Below, one piece after another: positions 18,071 to 27,608 of a DNA stretch of 31,623 bases. Origin of the DNA: an uncultured archaeon (GTDB lineage Archaea > Asgardarchaeota > Heimdallarchaeia > Heimdallarchaeales > Heimdallarchaeaceae); contig CAZHRF010000001.1 in the NCBI GenBank assembly GCA_964534625.1, positions 140,316-171,938 on the forward strand, written 5' to 3'. A model generated the notes under the pieces. The model made no database searches. It was given only the letters and a program-made list of their open reading frames with translations, and had not been told where the DNA came from. The position numbers were made by a program, and so were the translations under genes. Each line of letters starts with the position of its first letter. Within the stretch, counting starts at the first letter, position 1.

Positions 18071-18850
18071 TTATTGATATCTTTTAATTAGTTTCTTTCT
18101 CCCTTCTTTTATCCATGAACTTTCTTGATACATGATTTTCATTAATTCCAGCGATAATTTTTGTTCTTCTTTAGAGATGGTTTCTGTGTATATCGATATC
18201 GAGAATTCTAAGCTGATTATTTCTATTAATTTTTTTAACCATTGATAGACATTAAAATTATCTAAATTCTTTGTTGGTCGATATTTGCTTGTTCTACGGT
18301 CTGTTGGGCGTTGTAATCTGGCAATTAAACTATTGTTTAAATCTGTAAGGTTTGTATTTACTAATAATGTCGCGTGATGTAAAATATTATTGCCTTTTTT
18401 ATAACATGCAGCTCCCGATATCTTTTTACCTTCATGAAGGATATTTGTCTTATTCTCGATTTGAAGATCATTAATTCCCATATCCTCTAAACTCCTAACT
18501 ATTATTTTTGTAAAAAATGTTTCGAGTTTTTGTATATCATCTTTTTCTTTTATTGGGATATCTTCTGTATTAACAAATAAGCTAATATTCCAATTTCCTT
18601 CATCTTGAAAGACTGCTCCTCCACCAGATATCCTTCTATTTATCTCTATATTGTTCTCTTCGCAGTATTCTTGATTTACTTCTTCAATTAAATGCTGTCC
18701 TCGTCCTATAATTACAGATTGTTTGTTTTGCCAGATACGAATAGTTATTGCATAATCGGATTTTTCATGTAATTCCATAATGGCATGTTCCAATGCTAAA
18801 TTATATGACAAGTTAAATGATTTTGTATGTAAAAATCTTCCTTTTTTCAT
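18071..18850 (-). CDS. lplA: Lipoate-protein ligase A family, catalytic domain only
   Basis: NLALEHA, IWQNKQSVIIGRGQ, RRISGGGAVFQD.GN, GKKISG, HHATLL. Confidence 0.92.
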   Translation of the reverse strand: MKKGRFLHTKSFNLSYNLALEHAIMELHEKSDYAITIRIWQNKQSVIIGRGQHLIEEVNQEYCEENNIEINRRISGGGAVFQDEGNWNISLFVNTEDIPIKEKDDIQKLETFFTKIIVRSLEDMGINDLQIENKTNILHEGKKISGAACYKKGNNILHHATLLVNTNLTDLNNSLIARLQRPTDRRTSKYRPTKNLDNFNVYQWLKKLIEIISLEFSISIYTETISKEEQKLSLELMKIMYQESSWIKEGRKKLIKRYQ

Positions 18851-18896
18851 TTTTCAATTTAGCCTCTTTGAAAATAAAATGTAATGTACCAAAACC

Positions 18897-20339
18897 CTAA
18901 TTCTTTTTTCTTCTAGTATTGGCGATATGTATGGCTTTCCCCTGTGCAGATTGAACAGCTTCCATTATCATCTCAGGTAAAGTTGGGTGTGGATGTACTG
19001 TAAATCCTATGTCTTCGGCAGTTGCGCCCATTTCAAGTGCTAAAGTGACCTCACTAATCAATTGTGATGCATTTCCTCCAATAATCTCAACACCAAGTAG
19101 TATCCCCTCTTTTTCGTCAATGATGACTTTAACAAAACCTTCGGTTTGCATATTTATCATGGATCTACCTGAGGCTCTGAAAGGTGCCTTAACCGTTATA
19201 AATTGGAATCCTGCTATTTTTGCTTCATCTTCAGTCATTCCCACATAAGCTATTTCTGGATCTGTGTAAAATACTTCTGGCATCCCCCTAAAATCCGCTT
19301 CTGAAGGTTCTCCTGCAATTATTTCTGCTGCAATGATGCCTTGTTTTGTTGCTTTATGTGCCAAAAATGGTTTTCCAGTACAATCGCCCACAGCAAAAAT
19401 AGTGGGAATTGTCGTTTGTTGTTTAGAATTAACCTTTATGAAATTGTTTTTGTCATGCTTTATATCCAATTTATTTAAACCTAGTTTGCTGAAATTTTCG
19501 TTAGTCTTTCCTAAATAGACAAATATTTTCTCAACTTCGATTTCCTTTCCTATTTTATTTTTGTTTTCCAATATCTCCAAATTAACTTTTATTTTTTCTC
19601 CTTTAACCTCATTTTTGAGAATGTTTGTATTCTTCAGTATTAAAACTTTCAACTCTTTGAGTCTTGTTTCAAGAGTTTTCATTATATCTTGACTTATACC
19701 TTCTATAATTTTATCATTTTCAGTAACCAATGTTACTTTAACTCCCATTTTCGCAAAAAGTGTTGCAAATACAATTCCAATACCATCCCCCGTAATAATC
19801 AATATATCGTTGGGGATTTCATTAATATTTACCGCTTCTTTTGGACCAAATATGGTTGTACCATTAATTTCCAGTCCTCTTTTTTGTATTTCATTGGCAC
19901 CTGTGGCAATAATTAAGTAATCTGTTTCAATCACTCTTTTATTATTATTATTATTATCTTCACTTATTTCTACTTTATTTGGCGAAAGTATCTTTGCAAC
20001 ACCCATTATTTTTGTTACATTATTTCCCTTTAACAATTGATTAATCCCTCCAACTAATCTTTTTTGTATTCTTTCTTTCCATTTCTGCATCTGTTTGAGA
20101 TCAAAAGAAACATTATCGAAAGTTATTCCCATGTTTTTAGACTGCTCTTTAGCCTTATAGTAAAAATCTGTGGCTGATATAAGCGCATTAGTTGGGATAC
20201 ATCCCCAATTAAGACACTCTCCACCAATGTACTTTCTTTCTATGATAGCTACTTTCTTACCTAATTGTGCAGCTCTGATGGCAGCAGGATATCCTCCAGG
20301 CCCTGCTCCTATTACAACAACATCATATTTTTGTGACAT
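18897..20339 (-). CDS. lpdA: Dihydrolipoyl dehydrogenase (E3) homologue with degenerate NAD-binding motifs
   Basis: VIGAGPGGY, GGECLNWGCIP, IFAVGDC, LAHKA, TDPEIA, HPHPTLPE; operon context. Confidence 0.93.
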   Translation of the reverse strand: MSQKYDVVVIGAGPGGYPAAIRAAQLGKKVAIIERKYIGGECLNWGCIPTNALISATDFYYKAKEQSKNMGITFDNVSFDLKQMQKWKERIQKRLVGGINQLLKGNNVTKIMGVAKILSPNKVEISEDNNNNNKRVIETDYLIIATGANEIQKRGLEINGTTIFGPKEAVNINEIPNDILIITGDGIGIVFATLFAKMGVKVTLVTENDKIIEGISQDIMKTLETRLKELKVLILKNTNILKNEVKGEKIKVNLEILENKNKIGKEIEVEKIFVYLGKTNENFSKLGLNKLDIKHDKNNFIKVNSKQQTTIPTIFAVGDCTGKPFLAHKATKQGIIAAEIIAGEPSEADFRGMPEVFYTDPEIAYVGMTEDEAKIAGFQFITVKAPFRASGRSMINMQTEGFVKVIIDEKEGILLGVEIIGGNASQLISEVTLALEMGATAEDIGFTVHPHPTLPEMIMEAVQSAQGKAIHIANTRRKKN

Positions 20340-20379
20340 AATTATACACTTCTTTCTGCATGTTTTTTTGTTCTTTTTT

Positions 20380-21648
20380 TTATAGTAATATCAAACTGGG
20401 ATTCTCTAAATAATAGATTAATAATTTTGTAAATCTAGCCCCCACTGCACCATCTACGACCCTGTGGTCTAATGATAATGCTATGTTCATCATCTTTCTT
20501 ATAGCTACTTCATATACTCCAGAGTTATTTTTGATTGCAACAGGTTGCATTCGACCTCGCATTATTCCTAATATCGCCACTTCGGGCCATTTAATAATTG
20601 GAGTTGCCATTAAACCCCCAATGTTTCCTGTACTAGTAATGGTAAATGTTCCGTCACTTACATCATCAAGTGACAATTTTCCTTCTCTGGCTTTAGTAGC
20701 TAGTTCATTTATTTCTTTTGAGAGTTCAATTAATCCTTTTTGATCGGCTTGTTTAATAACTGGAACAATCAGACCGTCATCTGTATCAACAGCTATTCCT
20801 ATATTATAATAATGTTTGATAACAATTTGATCCTTTTCATCGTCTAAAGAAGCATTTAATATGGGGAACTCTTTAAGTGCAGCAATTGTTGCTTTTATTA
20901 TGATTGGTAAGTAAGTTAGTTTTGTATCTGTGTCGTTTAATAGAAACCTAGATTTGTCTCTTAGTTGATCCATGTTTGTCATATCTACTTCTTCAACAAA
21001 TGTATAATGGGCAGCAGTACTTTTTGAATAGCGCATAGCTTTAACAATATTTCTTCTTAATCCTCTAAGTGGAATAATCTCCTCTTCTCCTTCAAATGTG
21101 TGTTCTCTCGCTTTCAGTACTTTATGCCCTTCTTTTGTTGATTCTTCAAATTTTTCTATATCTGCAAATGTTATTCTACCTGCTGTACCTGAACCTTTAA
21201 CTTCGGCTAAATCAATGTTCAATTCTCTTGCTTTCTTTCTAACTGCAGGTGCTGCAAGAATTTTTGCAGTTATTTGTTCTCTCTGTTTTTTTCTTCCTTC
21301 AACCTTTCTAAATGGGGTTGCAGGTTTAAAAAGAGATGGGTCTTCTTCTTTGTGTTGAACTTCGTCTTTCTTTTTTTGGATGCTTGACTTTCCATCAGAT
21401 GTTTGTTCCTCTGATTTAATTCTAACTAAAACTTCTCCTACTTTTACAATGTCTCCTTCTTTTACTTCGATAGAAACAATTTCACCAGAAAGCGGAGAGG
21501 TAAGATCAGTAGAAACCTTTTCTGTATTAATTTCAAGAAGTTCTTGTTCTTCTTTTACAAATTCTCCTTCACTAACAAAAATTTGTAAAATTTCAGCTTC
21601 GTGAATTCCCTCTCCAATATCTGCTAGTTTAAATTCATAAATACTCAT
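20380..21648 (-). CDS. pdhC: 2-oxoacid dehydrogenase E2, dihydrolipoamide acyltransferase (one lipoyl domain)
   Basis: LADIGEGIHEAEI, lipoyl-Lys TEKV, E3-binding AAPAVRKKARE...GSGTAGRI, catalytic DHRVVDG. Confidence 0.95.
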   Translation of the reverse strand: MSIYEFKLADIGEGIHEAEILQIFVSEGEFVKEEQELLEINTEKVSTDLTSPLSGEIVSIEVKEGDIVKVGEVLVRIKSEEQTSDGKSSIQKKKDEVQHKEEDPSLFKPATPFRKVEGRKKQREQITAKILAAPAVRKKARELNIDLAEVKGSGTAGRITFADIEKFEESTKEGHKVLKAREHTFEGEEEIIPLRGLRRNIVKAMRYSKSTAAHYTFVEEVDMTNMDQLRDKSRFLLNDTDTKLTYLPIIIKATIAALKEFPILNASLDDEKDQIVIKHYYNIGIAVDTDDGLIVPVIKQADQKGLIELSKEINELATKAREGKLSLDDVSDGTFTITSTGNIGGLMATPIIKWPEVAILGIMRGRMQPVAIKNNSGVYEVAIRKMMNIALSLDHRVVDGAVGARFTKLLIYYLENPSLILL

Positions 21649-21662
21649 TTTTATCACTCTAT

Positions 21663-22646
21663 TTAATAACTATAATTATATGATTTTAAGATGGCATCTA
21701 ATACTCTACTTTTAGATGGCATATACTTTTCTTCACCTATAAGAGGAATGGGGATATCATATCCTGTTACTCTCAATATTGGTGATTCCATGTATTCGAT
21801 ATATCGTTCTGCTATTAAAGCATTCAATTCAGAGTGAAAACCATTATTTCTTGGTCCCTCTGTTACACTTATCACTTTACCCGTTTTCTTAACTGATTTC
21901 TCAATTGTCTTAATATCTAATGGAACAAGTGTACGCAAATCTATTACTTCGACATTAATTTCATGCTCTTTTTGAGCTATTTCAGCTGCGTCCATTGAGA
22001 TATGAACCATCGTACCGTATGAGAGAATAGTAAGATCTTCTCCCTCATTCATTATATTTGCTTGACCAAATGGAATAAGATACTCTCCTTCAGGTACATC
22101 CTCTTTAAATGCACGATAAATTCTTTTTGGCTCTAAGAATATTACGGGATCGGGATCTCTAATAGCACTTGTAAGCAAGCCTTTTGCATCATATGGTCCA
22201 CTTGGAATAACTACTTTGAGACCAGCAGTATGGACAAAATATGTTTCTGGTGACTGTGAGTGATAGTGAGCACCTCTAACGCCGGCTCCATATGGAGTTC
22301 GAATAACAACTGGTGTTTTAAAAAGACCACCTGATCTGTATCTAAACTTTGCAAGTTCTGAAACAATTTGATCAAAAGCTGGCCAAGTAAAATCTACAAA
22401 TTGAATTTCTGCAATAGGTCTTAAACCATATAAAGCCATACCTATAGCAAAACCAATTATGCCTGATTCATTGAGCGGGGTATCTAAAACTCTATCATCT
22501 CCAAATTTATCAATAAGCCCATCTGTAGCACGGAATACTCCGCCATTGATACCGACATCCTCTCCCAATATAATGATATCTTTATTATTGTCCATCTCAT
22601 TTTCTAAAGTGTGTTTTATTGCTTCTACTAATGTCATCTCTGCCAT
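21663..22646 (-). CDS. pdhB: 2-oxoacid dehydrogenase E1 beta subunit
   Basis: GEDVGINGGVFRATDGL, DTPLNESGI, AEIQF.DF, HSQSPE, EVIDLRTL; ATG 22646 follows a GAGGTGA SD. Confidence 0.96.
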   Translation of the reverse strand: MAEMTLVEAIKHTLENEMDNNKDIIILGEDVGINGGVFRATDGLIDKFGDDRVLDTPLNESGIIGFAIGMALYGLRPIAEIQFVDFTWPAFDQIVSELAKFRYRSGGLFKTPVVIRTPYGAGVRGAHYHSQSPETYFVHTAGLKVVIPSGPYDAKGLLTSAIRDPDPVIFLEPKRIYRAFKEDVPEGEYLIPFGQANIMNEGEDLTILSYGTMVHISMDAAEIAQKEHEINVEVIDLRTLVPLDIKTIEKSVKKTGKVISVTEGPRNNGFHSELNALIAERYIEYMESPILRVTGYDIPIPLIGEEKYMPSKSRVLDAILKSYNYSY

Positions 22647-22647
22647 T

Positions 22648-23718
22648 TTAATCACCTCTCTCGTTAAAATTAAGTGCATATTCCTTTTGTTCTTCTAAAT
22701 GCCAAGGTAGTTCTTCATATACGTCATCAAATATTGTTTTGGTAGTAGGTTTTGGTATTGATTCTGCATCCTTAATAATTTGTGATAATTCTTTATTATA
22801 TTCTTCTATAATCTTCTTGTCTTTTTCTTCTGTTAGTATGCCTTTATCTATTAGGTATATCTTAAAACGTCGAATTGGATCCCTTTTCTGCCATTTTTTT
22901 AATTCCTCTTCTGAGCGATATTTTGTTGGATCATCTGAGCTAGTATGTGCTCCCAGTCTATATGTTCGAGATTCAATGAATGTTGGCCCCTCTCCTTTTC
23001 TAGCTCTTTCCGCAGCTTCTTTGACTGTAGCATATATAGCTAAAACGTCATTACCATCAACCGCTATACCCGGCATACCGTAACCAACGGCTTTATCGAC
23101 GAGTTCTTTTGCCCCCGTTTGCTTAGAAACAGGTAAAGAAATGGCATACTGATTGTTTTGGCAGAAGAAAATTGTAGGTGTTTTAAATACTCCCCCAAAA
23201 TTCATACCTGAGTGGAAATCATTACTTGATGTTGCACCATCACCAAAAAAGACAACAGAAACACTCCCGTCTTTCTTATACTTGGAAGCATAACCAGTAC
23301 CCACTGCATGTATGATCTGAGTACCAATAGGTGCACTTGGATTAACGAAATTAATTTTATTGTCTCCAAATAATCCTGGCAATCTTCTACCTTTTTGTGG
23401 GTCTAATTGGTTAGCAAAAAAATGGTTGATAATATTTTTGATAGGATAATCTCTATAGAGCGCAATCCCGTGTTCTCTGTAAGCTGGTATGACCCAATCC
23501 TTATCTTGTAAGGCAGCTGCAACTCCAACATGCGCTTCTTGTCCTTTAACGGGCACATGAAATGCTATCCTGCCTTGTCTCTGGAGTTTAAACGATTTAT
23601 CGTTTAATAAACGTAACTGAACCATGGTTTTATAGATTTTTAGTAGTTCTTTTTTTGATAGTTTTGGTTCATTTTCTGGATCAATGATCTTCCCATTTTC
23701 ATTAATAATTTGTTGCAT
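22648..23718 (-). CDS. pdhA: 2-oxoacid dehydrogenase E1 alpha subunit (pyruvate or branched-chain specificity not resolvable by eye)
   Basis: LQRQGRI, GQEA, YREHG, TPP motif GDGATS...NNQYAIS, TYRLGAHTSSDDPTKYR. Confidence 0.96.
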   Translation of the reverse strand: MQQIINENGKIIDPENEPKLSKKELLKIYKTMVQLRLLNDKSFKLQRQGRIAFHVPVKGQEAHVGVAAALQDKDWVIPAYREHGIALYRDYPIKNIINHFFANQLDPQKGRRLPGLFGDNKINFVNPSAPIGTQIIHAVGTGYASKYKKDGSVSVVFFGDGATSSNDFHSGMNFGGVFKTPTIFFCQNNQYAISLPVSKQTGAKELVDKAVGYGMPGIAVDGNDVLAIYATVKEAAERARKGEGPTFIESRTYRLGAHTSSDDPTKYRSEEELKKWQKRDPIRRFKIYLIDKGILTEEKDKKIIEEYNKELSQIIKDAESIPKPTTKTIFDDVYEELPWHLEEQKEYALNFNERGD

Positions 23719-23752
23719 TTTAATCTCATCTCATAAGAGTAGCTATTGGGTT

Positions 23753-23771
23753 GTGTGTTGTACAAACACAC
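23753..23771. promoter_or_regulatory. Inverted repeat GTGTGTT-N5-AACACAC, candidate operator of the 2-oxoacid dehydrogenase operon
   Basis: Perfect 7-bp arms, 35-53 bp upstream of the E1-alpha start codon. Confidence 0.5.
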
Positions 23772-23988
23772 TTACAATTATTACTATAATCGTCAAGTCT
23801 TTTAAGGTTAATTAAACATCAAAATATTGTAACAAAATAAATCTCTATTATACATTTTTAACAAATGTCATTGGTTTTAGGAAGAATGGGAATTAAATCA
23901 ATTGGAAAGAAAAACCTCTTGATATGATACTCAAGTATTACATTTGGTAATTAAACCATACTTTTAATATAAAATAAGAGTTTAAGAG

Positions 23989-24219
23989 TTGAATATAATG
24001 AATATAGAGACGAAAATAAATTCTATACCTGTAGTTCCAAAAAAAGAAAAGGAAGAGAAGTTTACTATATGGAACTTAGAAGAAATAATTACACAAAAAC
24101 CGAGAAGGAGTGTAAAAGAAATTGATGAAGCTTACAAAGTATTCAGGTTTTTTTCAACTGTCACTAAAAATAAAAAATTAAAGTCCTATAATTGTAAATT
24201 TCAAAATGATGCCAATTAG
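23989..24219 (+). CDS. Hypothetical small protein
   Basis: 76-codon open frame in an otherwise empty gap, K/E-rich like neighbouring proteins; no recognisable motif; start may be ATG 23998. Confidence 0.45.
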   Translation: MNIMNIETKINSIPVVPKKEKEEKFTIWNLEEIITQKPRRSVKEIDEAYKVFRFFSTVTKNKKLKSYNCKFQNDAN

Positions 24220-24315
24220 TAGTAGTTTCTTACACTTTCTAAGGATACGTTTTATTTTTATAATTTAATATTGCATATCATAAAGTTCTTTTAGTTTAGT
24301 CGTGGATTTATCACT

Positions 24316-24744
24316 ATGAGTGAAAAAGAAAGAAGCGAAGAACACGTTAAATCTGGAGCAGAATTATTATTAAAAGGAGCAGAGATGTTAAATAAAGCTT
24401 GTCCTCAATGCCGTTCCCCATTGTATAAATACCAGGATAGGATTATTTGCCCTTCATGTAAAAAGAATTATAAGTTTGTTGAGACGTCCGAAGAATTGGA
24501 ACAAATAAAAATGGCGCAAAAACACCAACAGTCTAATCTGACTTCAAACGCTATTCAATCTACTCAGATATCTAGTCGTAATGATGTAATTATTAGTTCA
24601 CATAGTTTTGAACAAACAGCCAAAATACTTCAAAAAAAAATTCAGCAAATCAACAATAAATTAGAAACCAGTGTAGACCCGAATGAAATTAAAGAACTAT
24701 CTGAAGCTTTGAACTCACTAATAAAGGCATTAAAACAGTTATGA
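24316..24744 (+). CDS. UPF0148 / autoantigen-p27 (SSSCA1-like) zinc-finger protein
   Basis: GAELLLKGAEMLNKACPQCRSPLY...IICPSC plus C-terminal coiled coil. Confidence 0.9.
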   Translation: MSEKERSEEHVKSGAELLLKGAEMLNKACPQCRSPLYKYQDRIICPSCKKNYKFVETSEELEQIKMAQKHQQSNLTSNAIQSTQISSRNDVIISSHSFEQTAKILQKKIQQINNKLETSVDPNEIKELSEALNSLIKALKQL

Positions 24745-24810
24745 TCTATTTATCTTCTATTCTTTATTCATTCTTTGATTTTTGTATACTTTAGTCTTTT
24801 AAATCATCTA

Positions 24811-24940
24811 GTGAGTGTTAAGCTGATTACTGTAAGCAACAGCCCAAGGCTTCAGCTGCGGCTTGCTTCAGAAGCATAGTCCGTCTTGTGTAAGATTATA
24901 AGGGCTATAGACATGTGTTCTTCTAAACTTTACCAATCAC
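24811..24940 (+). ncRNA. Candidate structured RNA or miniature mobile-element remnant
   Basis: GC-richer island between convergent genes, with two hairpins (24830-24871 and 24876-24908) and imperfectly complementary ends. G-U pairs favour the + strand. Confidence 0.4.
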
Positions 24941-24943
24941 GCA

Positions 24944-27388
24944 TTACTCTTTTTTTTTCTTTTGTTTCTTTAGCCACTCAAGATCTTCTAATGTGTCTTC
25001 GGCAGTTTTTTCTTCTAATTCGTCATATTGTGTATAAGTGAATTCAATAATGTCATGCGCGATTTTCTCTCCTATTCCCTTTACTTCCATGTATTCTTCC
25101 AGTTTGGCATTCATAATATTCCGAATGGATTTGAAATGTTTGAGTAATCTTGTTGCAATACGATAATCTATATGTGGTAAAGTAGAAACTGTCTCTGTAA
25201 TTTGGGCTTTCAAACCAAAAGCTTTTGATTTGGTGATAGATATCCTTCTTTTTCTTTCTTCTTGTTCCCTTTTTGCAATGGTGTAAAGAATAGTAGCTGT
25301 TTCTTTTTGGTTTTTAGTATAAATTATTGGTATTCTATAGTCAATAGTAAGTGAGGAAATTGCTCCAGCTAGTGCATTGGGGTGTAGAGATGAACGGAAT
25401 AGATTGATATCTCCCTCAAGTATAATGAGTGGCTTAGCACAACTTTCTGTGAGCATTTGCGCTTGTTTAAATAATCTTTTATCAATTATTGATTGAATAA
25501 GATCATCAGTTTCCTTACGCTCAACCACAACTTGATCCGAGCAAATGTAGTCACCAATATCTAACCTCTCAAAACCTATTTTTGTTCCTTTTGAAACGAG
25601 TTCTTTCACAATAGTTGAATTTCTTTCTCTCGAATCACAAATCACTTTAATAACTTGTTCAATTTCTTCTATCTTAGAATCCCGGGATTTAATTTCTTTT
25701 TTTATGGCTATTTCTTGTTTTGGTTTTTCATAAGAAGCAACAGATTTTTTTGATTTGTCTTTTTTTTCTTCTTTAATAAAATCTAAAATTTCCTTTTGAC
25801 TATTTTTCTTTTTGTTATTTGCTGTTTTAAAATCATGAACTATTCTACGCATCTTTTTAGCTTGTCGTTTTGACGCCCACATATATCCCTCGTCTCTTGT
25901 TCCTTTTGCAATTAACATAATTACTTTACCTTCTTTTCTTCTTCCTGTACGCCCTTTACGCTGAATAAGTCGAATAGCACTTGGAACTGCATCATAAAAG
26001 ATTACCAACTCACATTGTCCAATATCCAATCCTTCTTCAGCAACAGAAGTAGAAACTAATATATTATATTCTCCTGAACGAAATTGTTTCATTATCTCTA
26101 TTTGTTGTTTTTGACTGAGGCCTTTATCGTCTTTCATAGATGATTGACCAACAAACCAGTGAGGCCTCACGCCATTTAAATTCATAATCTCATCACTAAT
26201 TGTTTTGGCGGTTACACGAAAATGAGCAAATATTAGAATACGATTCGAAGGATTTTTACTTACCTCATTGGAAATTATAGTCTTTAATTCGTCAATCTTA
26301 GGATGAATAATCTGTTTTTTTTGCAAGATTTTTACTGCCTCGAGAATCTGATGAAATTCTTCACGATAGACCAGAGATTTAAGTGCACCACTACCTTTAC
26401 CCATTCGCACATCATTCACTATTCCATCTAAGTATTTGTTTAAAGAGGGGATGCCTTGGGTTTCAATTAACTCGATAGCATGTGATACTCTAATAGAATT
26501 CCCTACAAGACTCATTGCAGTAAAAAACTCTGACCTTTTTTCAGGCTTGCTATCATCAATTTTACCATAAATCTCATTAACTTTTGATCTTAATTTGAGC
26601 AAATCACGTCTAGGGTTATTTCGGGGACTTGATGATTGTATTATGTTTAATTCTTTTAATCCTTGAAGAATTTCTTTAAATATTGAATTAAGTGTATCAA
26701 TAATGGTCTTGAAGTCATCAGTCAATGGTATTATTCGCCATTCTTCATCAATGTCATGTATGTATTGCTTTACGTCGTCTGATGTTTCATCACGCATTTC
26801 AATGTTATTGGCACGTATATTTTCCTGAATCTCACGAATTTTCTCAGGATTAGAACCCGGACTCGCTGTTATTCCTAAAATTAATGGTTTTTTAGATTGT
26901 TTAAGATATTGTTCTGCAACAAAAACATAGCTATGATCCCCTACTGCTTTATGAACTTCATCTAGGCATAGTAATCTGACATTTTCTAAATTGACTCTTC
27001 TTTGTATAATATCATTTTGAAGTGTTTGAGGAGTACAAATGAATAATTGTCCATCTTGCCATATCTCACTACGTTGTGAGGGCCTTATTTGACCCGAGAC
27101 TTGATAGATTGCACTTTCATCAATATTAAGTGTATCTTTAATAGTTGTTTCATGTTGATCTAGAAGCGGTTTTGTAGGTGCACAAAGAATTATTTTTGCA
27201 TTCGGGTCTTTATTTAAGTGATGTGCCGCTATCATAATAAAAACTATTGTTTTCCCTAAACCTGTAGGAAGAATAACAAGTGAGTTTTTATTTACACAAG
27301 ATGCAAATAAAGTCTGTTGATAAAGCCTAGCCTCAACTTTATTCGGTTTAATTAGTGGATGATCATTGATATATGATTGTTGTACCAT
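24944..27388 (-). CDS. hef: Hef helicase-nuclease (FANCM/Mph1-like SF2 helicase fused to ERCC4 nuclease and HhH2)
   Basis: EARLYQ, LPTGLGKT, DEVH, TASPG, STSVAEEGLDI, QRKGRTGR; nuclease DSRE, GDY, ERKETDD; KGIGEK HhH. Confidence 0.96.
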   Translation of the reverse strand: MVQQSYINDHPLIKPNKVEARLYQQTLFASCVNKNSLVILPTGLGKTIVFIMIAAHHLNKDPNAKIILCAPTKPLLDQHETTIKDTLNIDESAIYQVSGQIRPSQRSEIWQDGQLFICTPQTLQNDIIQRRVNLENVRLLCLDEVHKAVGDHSYVFVAEQYLKQSKKPLILGITASPGSNPEKIREIQENIRANNIEMRDETSDDVKQYIHDIDEEWRIIPLTDDFKTIIDTLNSIFKEILQGLKELNIIQSSSPRNNPRRDLLKLRSKVNEIYGKIDDSKPEKRSEFFTAMSLVGNSIRVSHAIELIETQGIPSLNKYLDGIVNDVRMGKGSGALKSLVYREEFHQILEAVKILQKKQIIHPKIDELKTIISNEVSKNPSNRILIFAHFRVTAKTISDEIMNLNGVRPHWFVGQSSMKDDKGLSQKQQIEIMKQFRSGEYNILVSTSVAEEGLDIGQCELVIFYDAVPSAIRLIQRKGRTGRRKEGKVIMLIAKGTRDEGYMWASKRQAKKMRRIVHDFKTANNKKKNSQKEILDFIKEEKKDKSKKSVASYEKPKQEIAIKKEIKSRDSKIEEIEQVIKVICDSRERNSTIVKELVSKGTKIGFERLDIGDYICSDQVVVERKETDDLIQSIIDKRLFKQAQMLTESCAKPLIILEGDINLFRSSLHPNALAGAISSLTIDYRIPIIYTKNQKETATILYTIAKREQEERKRRISITKSKAFGLKAQITETVSTLPHIDYRIATRLLKHFKSIRNIMNAKLEEYMEVKGIGEKIAHDIIEFTYTQYDELEEKTAEDTLEDLEWLKKQKKKKE

Positions 27389-27608
27389 TCAAAACCACAA
27401 ACATATTTTAGTACTAGAAAACTCATTATTATTTGAGTATTTAAAACTAGCATTAATTTACTAAGCATCAACTTTGTTTGTGAGTATTAATTAACTTAAA
27501 CACATTAACCGATTGTTTAAATAGGATTGAATTTTTCAGTAGAATGAGTATATTTGGAAGAACTATTAATGAGTGATTATTTCCAAATTTGATTAAGAAG
27601 GTGAAAAC

